Source: an uncultured virus (IMG/VR IMGVR_UViG_3300033141_003443) (Duplodnaviria > Heunggongvirae > Uroviricota > Caudoviricetes). From it: a DNA stretch of 20,000 nucleotides. The notes under the pieces were generated by a model. That model had not been told where the DNA came from. It worked only from the letters and a program-made list of their open reading frames with translations, and searched no databases. The position numbers were made by a program, and so were the translations under genes. The DNA lies in IMG/VR virus record IMGVR_UViG_3300033141_003443, positions 55,234 through 75,233 of that record; one strand, written 5' to 3'. Each line of letters starts with the position of its first letter. The stretch's first letter is position 1. Of this stretch, positions 16,115 to 20,000 are shown piece after piece.

Positions 16115-16786
16115 TTATTTCCACTCCCCTTTTCTATATTTTGCTTGTTTAGCGATTTTCCAAAAGGTAGTTTGTATGATTTCGTTGTATTTTTTCCGTT
16201 CAGCCCGGTCGATTTTGTTGTATTTTTCCCGCGCAGCCCGGTCGATTTTGTTGTATTTTTCCCACTCAGCCTGTTCGATTTCGTTGTATTTTTCCTGCGC
16301 AGCCCGGTCGATTTCGTTGTATTTTTCCCACTCAGCCTGTTTGATTTCGTTGTATTTTTTCCGTGCAGCCCGGTCGATTTCGTTGTATTTTTCCCACTCA
16401 GCCTGTATGATTTCGTTGTATTTTTTCCGTGCAGCCCGGTCGATTTCGTTGTATTTTTCCCACTCAGGCTGTTTGATTTTGTTGTATTTTTTCAAACCCC
16501 CTTGATTCAAAATTTCAGGACAAACACCAATACCCGCAAAATTTCCATTCTTTATATCCTCTACTATACAAACAGGAAAATTTTTTGGTGTACTAAAATC
16601 TGTACACTCCCAATGTTCGCCCGTAACTTCAGGATAAAAAAAACTTATAGCGCCATGTCCGCAAATATCGACAATCCAATTTTTATTATATCTTTTAAAT
16701 TTATTAAAGGTTTTTCCTTTCAAATCGTCTTTTGTTAAATAAAAATAATCGGTATCTTTTTTGATTACTGAAATAAACTCACACAT
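16115..16786 (-). CDS. phage protein with 11-aa tandem repeats
   Basis: MCEFIS N-terminal domain, then ten KYNEI-type repeats; AAGGGGG RBS. Confidence 0.85.
   Translation of the reverse strand: MCEFISVIKKDTDYFYLTKDDLKGKTFNKFKRYNKNWIVDICGHGAISFFYPEVTGEHWECTDFSTPKNFPVCIVEDIKNGNFAGIGVCPEILNQGGLKKYNKIKQPEWEKYNEIDRAARKKYNEIIQAEWEKYNEIDRAARKKYNEIKQAEWEKYNEIDRAAQEKYNEIEQAEWEKYNKIDRAAREKYNKIDRAERKKYNEIIQTTFWKIAKQAKYRKGEWK
16163..16492 (-). repeat. ten coding 33-bp tandem repeats with 66-bp higher-order period
   Basis: alternating KKYNEIxQAEW / EKYNEIDRAAR units. Confidence 0.95.
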
Positions 16787-16864
16787 TTTAACCCCCTTTA
16801 TTAAATAAATATTATTTAGTTATTACAGAATAAATTTTTCGTTTTACCCTCAAACCACTTCCGG

Positions 16865-16941
16865 TAACATCTGACATGATTAAAAAACCCTTAATTTTTG
16901 GCTGGTGGCCCGACGGACACCGCCCGATCTTGTGAATACTT
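16865..16941 (-). repeat. dispersed direct repeat, copy 1 (with 17586..17661)
   Basis: shared taacatctgacatgattaaa...ttaatttttgg..gtggcccgac...gaatactt. Confidence 0.85.
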
Positions 16942-17004
16942 GATAGCCGGAGTCTCTAAGATACACCATTTTAACGGATCCATTTTCTAACCTATAATTA
17001 GGCA

Positions 17005-17172
17005 CTACCAGTTTAAAGCTTTCTTTAATGCCCGGATTTCTGGTGCAAAATCTTCCTCCATATCTGAATCTAAAATTAACGCCCGGTAAGCTTTAATACA
17101 AGCCAGCCTCAAACGTCGCTTTTCTTTCTGTAATTTTTTAAGAAGTTTGAATTGATATAACTGTAAAATCAT
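17005..17172 (-). CDS. small hypothetical protein (55 aa)
   Basis: MILQLYQFKLL...KKALNW*, GGGAGG RBS; not in the ORF track. Confidence 0.6.
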   Translation of the reverse strand: MILQLYQFKLLKKLQKEKRRLRLACIKAYRALILDSDMEEDFAPEIRALKKALNW

Positions 17173-17229
17173 TGGTTTAACCTCCCAGCCTTTCTTTCTT
17201 CAATATGTTTTGTGTTAACCCTAGAAATA

Positions 17230-17598
17230 TTAATCCTCACCTTTTAACATAATTGTTATAACAGGTTCCAGATTATCACCCGGCCCGCATTGTGACCACA
17301 TATCTATAGGCTTTGTAACGATCCTACCATTTGCGGCTTTACTGGCGAATAGCGGGGTAAAATTAAATCTATCACCCTTAGAGCTTCGGATGCCTAATTT
17401 AAAAATAGTCAGCATATCCCAAGCCCGGCCCTGAAAGTCTTGTCCTGTTACTTCAAGATTATTTAATACTGCATTTACTCCCGCTGTTATTGCTACCGGG
17501 AATTTGATCCCCGCCTCTGCCGCCATTTCTGATAAATCAATCAATACGCCGTCTTCAATGGCTTCTTTTCTAGTATATTTAAAAATAACATCTGACAT
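17230..17598 (-). CDS. DUF6573-like conserved protein
   Basis: YTRKEAIEDGVLIDLS..A.EAG..FPVAIT...GRAWDML...GPGD..EPVITIML..ED. Confidence 0.7.
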   Translation of the reverse strand: MSDVIFKYTRKEAIEDGVLIDLSEMAAEAGIKFPVAITAGVNAVLNNLEVTGQDFQGRAWDMLTIFKLGIRSSKGDRFNFTPLFASKAANGRIVTKPIDMWSQCGPGDNLEPVITIMLKGED

Positions 17599-17661
17599 GA
17601 TTAAACCCCGTTTAATTTTTGGTTAGTGGCCCGACTGTCACACCTGACCGCGCGAATACTT
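17586..17661 (-). repeat. dispersed direct repeat, copy 2
   Basis: matches 16865..16941. Confidence 0.85.
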
Positions 17662-17788
17662 TATTTAAGTCTACCCGTGCCTTTAATGATTTTATCCTAC
17701 CCGTTAAATGAAGTGCGTTTATTGGATCAACGGTATTTGATAAAGCAAATTCTAAAAAGTCTCTCTCTTTGTTCAAATTCTTTTTCAT
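17612..17788 (-). CDS. small hypothetical protein (58 aa)
   Basis: MKKNLNKERDF...VFARSGVTVGPLTKN*, AAAGGA RBS; not in the ORF track. Confidence 0.55.
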   Translation of the reverse strand: MKKNLNKERDFLEFALSNTVDPINALHLTGRIKSLKARVDLNKVFARSGVTVGPLTKN

Positions 17789-17861
17789 ATCAATATCCTT
17801 TGTCTATGTTTGTTTGTTGCTTCAAGCATACTATTTTATTTTCAGTTTGTTAAGTCTACCG

Positions 17862-18221
17862 TTAAACTTTTTCAATTTTAAAAGTTTCTTCCCGCTTGAT
17901 CCCGGTTCTTGTCAAAGCGTCTTCTTCATTTCTGCAATTTCCAATTAAGATTTTTTGACAAAAGGTATGTATTAAATATTTACTGTTTCTTTTTAACCGC
18001 TTGTCCCAATAAGGGGTGAAAGCAAAAGGAATATCAAACCAGCGCTCCCCGTCAATCTGACTCCTAAAACCCTGTACTGTCCAGCCGTCAAATTTTAAAC
18101 CGTGTTTCGTGATAATCTTACGGCTTTTGTCTGTATCCTTAACATATAAGTCTGACTCATGATTATCGATCTCACATCCAGCCTCTTTTAATTCGTGATA
18201 TAAATTTTTTTGATTTGGCAT
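17862..18221 (-). CDS. conserved phage hypothetical protein
   Basis: IDNHESDLYV...F.SQIDG..WFDIPFAF.PYW; likely start MPNQK after GGAGG. Confidence 0.75.
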   Translation of the reverse strand: MPNQKNLYHELKEAGCEIDNHESDLYVKDTDKSRKIITKHGLKFDGWTVQGFRSQIDGERWFDIPFAFTPYWDKRLKRNSKYLIHTFCQKILIGNCRNEEDALTRTGIKREETFKIEKV

Positions 18222-18250
18222 TTCTCGATCCTCCATTGCTTTATTATTAA

Positions 18251-18610
18251 TTATACTAATAAAGTATAAACTTTCCTGTCCACTTCTTGAACTTGCGCAC
18301 TGTAGGTTGCGGCCCACAGTCTACACTTTCCCCGCTTCCAGTCGTTTATTTGTTGTTTTGTTGCCACTGTGCCCTCTGAATCTTCCAATAATTGAAAGTC
18401 AATTCTTCCCGGTTCATCACAAGAGTTAAACAGATAGTTTTCTCTCTTGTCCTCGATTCCCAGAGAGTCACACACATTTTTAATTAATTCTGTTTGAGAC
18501 TCTGCTTTAAATTCATCCTCTACAAAATAACTTCTTGTTGTGTCTGGTTGGCATCCCGTATCAAAAATATCTTCCTCAACAAATTTTAAAAAGCCGTTTA
18601 TCTCTAGCAT
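18251..18610 (-). CDS. acidic hypothetical protein
   Basis: likely start MLEING after GGAGG. Confidence 0.7.
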   Translation of the reverse strand: MLEINGFLKFVEEDIFDTGCQPDTTRSYFVEDEFKAESQTELIKNVCDSLGIEDKRENYLFNSCDEPGRIDFQLLEDSEGTVATKQQINDWKRGKCRLWAATYSAQVQEVDRKVYTLLV

Positions 18611-18650
18611 TTTCTGATCCTCCATTATGTCTTGAATTACTCATTATAAT

Positions 18651-18950
18651 TTATCCTTTTACTGAATACTCGATAGCATCATTTAAAAAATCAAACTCAG
18701 CAATACAGGCGCCTATATTTTCATGTGATACTTGCCATTTTTTCCATAAATGGTTATATTTTATTTCATAACCATTAACCAATTTCCCGTAATGAATTTT
18801 TGCTCCCGTTTCTGTAGAATGATGTTTGTTAAATTCTTCTTGCAAATACTTTTCTGTTCGTTCTCCCGTGCAGACCATGCTCCAATTACCGCAAGAACAT
18901 ACTGCTTGAGCATCATGTAAACTAATTATAACTAATTCATGTCCTTTCAT
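18651..18950 (-). CDS. hypothetical protein (CxCG...H, possible metal binding)
   Basis: AVCSCGNW...FNKH; GGAGGG RBS. Confidence 0.7.
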   Translation of the reverse strand: MKGHELVIISLHDAQAVCSCGNWSMVCTGERTEKYLQEEFNKHHSTETGAKIHYGKLVNGYEIKYNHLWKKWQVSHENIGACIAEFDFLNDAIEYSVKG

Positions 18951-19032
18951 AGTTTAACCCTCCTGTCAATCTTTACTTCCGTTCCTGTTACTTTATTAAT
19001 TATTATCTGGTCTCCTGTATGCCATAGGCTTT

Positions 19033-19248
19033 TTAAATTAGATCAATTAATTTTTTATTTGCATCATATTTATTAATTAATTGATGTAATTCTTTTTCCA
19101 CCAAATCAATATTAAAATTTTCTTCTGGTTCATACCCTTGCTCTAAACTATCTAATGCACTATTTAAAGTTGATGGAGATATACCGCCCGCTTTTTCATT
19201 ATCAATTTCAGCTTTAAAAAATCTTTTGGTTTCTTTGCTAATTTTCAT
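19033..19248 (-). CDS. hypothetical protein
   Basis: 71-aa ORF with AGGGG RBS. Confidence 0.65.
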   Translation of the reverse strand: MKISKETKRFFKAEIDNEKAGGISPSTLNSALDSLEQGYEPEENFNIDLVEKELHQLINKYDANKKLIDLI

Positions 19249-19263
19249 TTTTAGCCCCTATAG

Positions 19264-19287
19264 GGCCGGGAATTTGAACACCCAGCC
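19264..19287 (-). promoter_or_regulatory. GC-rich hairpin directly upstream of an RBS
   Basis: GGCUGGG-10 nt-CCCGGCC then CUAUAGGGG. Confidence 0.55.
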
Positions 19288-19293
19288 TGTGTT

Positions 19294-19806
19294 TTAATCT
19301 ACTGTTATTAATAAAAACCTTTCTCCGCCTCTTAAAGAGACCCAAACATGATTTCCACCTCTGCCAACAATAACCCGGCCACTGTGATATTTAAACCATT
19401 TTGTTAAATCTTGCTCTATCTCTTCGAGAGATGCAAAGGGTTTTTGCTCCTCATAATATTTTTTGATCTCAGCACTTCGCCAGTATGCTTCTTGATCCTC
19501 AATAATTACTGTCACTTTTCCGGCCTCTTCATGATCAAGCTCTACTGTCAAGTTCTTTATTTCCGGCGGATCATTCCGCAAGTCGTCAATAAAATACTGC
19601 TTTGCTTTTTTCGCGTCCTTCGCATGGATAGCCCGTTCCAGTTTTACAAGGTAAACCCCGCCCTGTGATTTTTTGGGATTATCCTCCTCAATAATATCAT
19701 ACTTATTAATAGCCTCAAATTTTGCAATAGGGTAAAAGGAGCCCTTACTTTTTTGGCAATCTTCGCATTGATGTAAAGTTCTATCCGCATAAGGTCTTTG
19801 CAACAT
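19294..19806 (-). CDS. hypothetical protein
   Basis: 170-aa ORF with AGGAGG RBS, CEDC near the N-terminus. Confidence 0.75.
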   Translation of the reverse strand: MLQRPYADRTLHQCEDCQKSKGSFYPIAKFEAINKYDIIEEDNPKKSQGGVYLVKLERAIHAKDAKKAKQYFIDDLRNDPPEIKNLTVELDHEEAGKVTVIIEDQEAYWRSAEIKKYYEEQKPFASLEEIEQDLTKWFKYHSGRVIVGRGGNHVWVSLRGGERFLLITVD

Positions 19807-19824
19807 TTTTTCTTTCCTCCTATT

Positions 19825-19848
19825 GGGCCGGGTTTAAATTCCCGGCCC
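19825..19848 (-). promoter_or_regulatory. GC-rich hairpin directly upstream of an RBS
   Basis: GGGCCGGG-AAUUUAAA-CCCGGCCC then AAUAGGAGG. Confidence 0.6.
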
Positions 19849-19863
19849 TTGATTTTTAAAAAG

Positions 19864-20000
19864 TTAAGCCGCGGCGCTTACTGTTTCCCGTTCTTCGGCT
19901 TTCTCTTCTGTTCTTCTGCCTTGCATATATTCAACCGCTTTCTGCGCTCTTCCTGAAGCAACAAAGATTAATTTCGGATCAGATTTTAACTTACTGATCC
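19864..20000 (-). CDS. 3' end of an ArdC-like antirestriction/zincin-like protein (partial)
   Basis: ISKLKSDPKLIFVASGRAQKAVEYM resembles the ArdC-family C-terminus (W...Lk.D...if.Aas.AqkA.d.i). Confidence 0.6.
   Translation of the reverse strand, partial: ISKLKSDPKLIFVASGRAQKAVEYMQGRRTEEKAEERETVSAAA

Noticed and set aside
16163..16492. 33-bp repeats as a CRISPR array
   Set aside because: Units are contiguous with no unique spacers, are in-frame coding, and no cas genes are present
16145..16738. Plus-strand ORFs of 197 aa and 109 aa
   Set aside because: Antisense shadows of the repeat gene; open only because the repeat lacks stops
17665..17865. Repeated GGTAGACTTAA as a promoter -10 element
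   Set aside because: No properly spaced -35, only two copies, and one lies within a probable small ORF
19264..19287. tRNA gene suggested by the GTTCAAAT T-loop-like motif
   Set aside because: No acceptor stem, D arm or anticodon arm; the upstream sequence is coding
813..19668. Remaining plus-strand and nested ORFs in the track (e.g. 813, 2134, 4808, 5180, 7095, 9755, 17626, 19411)
   Set aside because: They overlap better-supported minus-strand genes and show no recognisable motifs
1..20000. Stop-codon reassignment
   Set aside because: Recognisable enzymes are full length in code 11, and TAA, TGA and TAG all end genes at sensible positions

Overview
AT-rich bacteriophage (or prophage) early/accessory region. 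Essentially all genes lie on the minus strand, tightly packed with ATGA/TAATG overlaps, GGAGG-type RBSs and two consensus sigma70/sigmaA promoters. No structural, replication-core, tRNA, rRNA or CRISPR genes were found. The left part (1.4-7.6 kb) is an RNA-repair/translation-rescue cluster: T4 PseT-like Pnkp, RlaP-type nucleotidyltransferase, a small P-loop protein, Pth2 peptidyl-tRNA hydrolase, an Rnl2-type ligase and an Rnl1-type ligase. The middle encodes a spermidine-synthase-like SAM protein, an MT-A70 methyltransferase, a SleB-like hydrolase, a secreted N/Q-rich protein and an internally duplicated MazG. The right part encodes an HNH nuclease, a DUF4942-type methyltransferase, an 11-aa repeat protein, a DUF6573-like protein and the 3' end of an ArdC-like gene. 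The most striking unannotated element is a ~137-nt structured RNA (three-way junction with a canonical kink-turn) that starts at the predicted TSS of a consensus promoter just downstream of the RNA-repair cluster. Several gene remnants are also visible (ParB-like paralog, HNH fragments, a PolA motif-C mini-ORF). All family calls come from motif recognition by eye; no database searches or folding programs were run.
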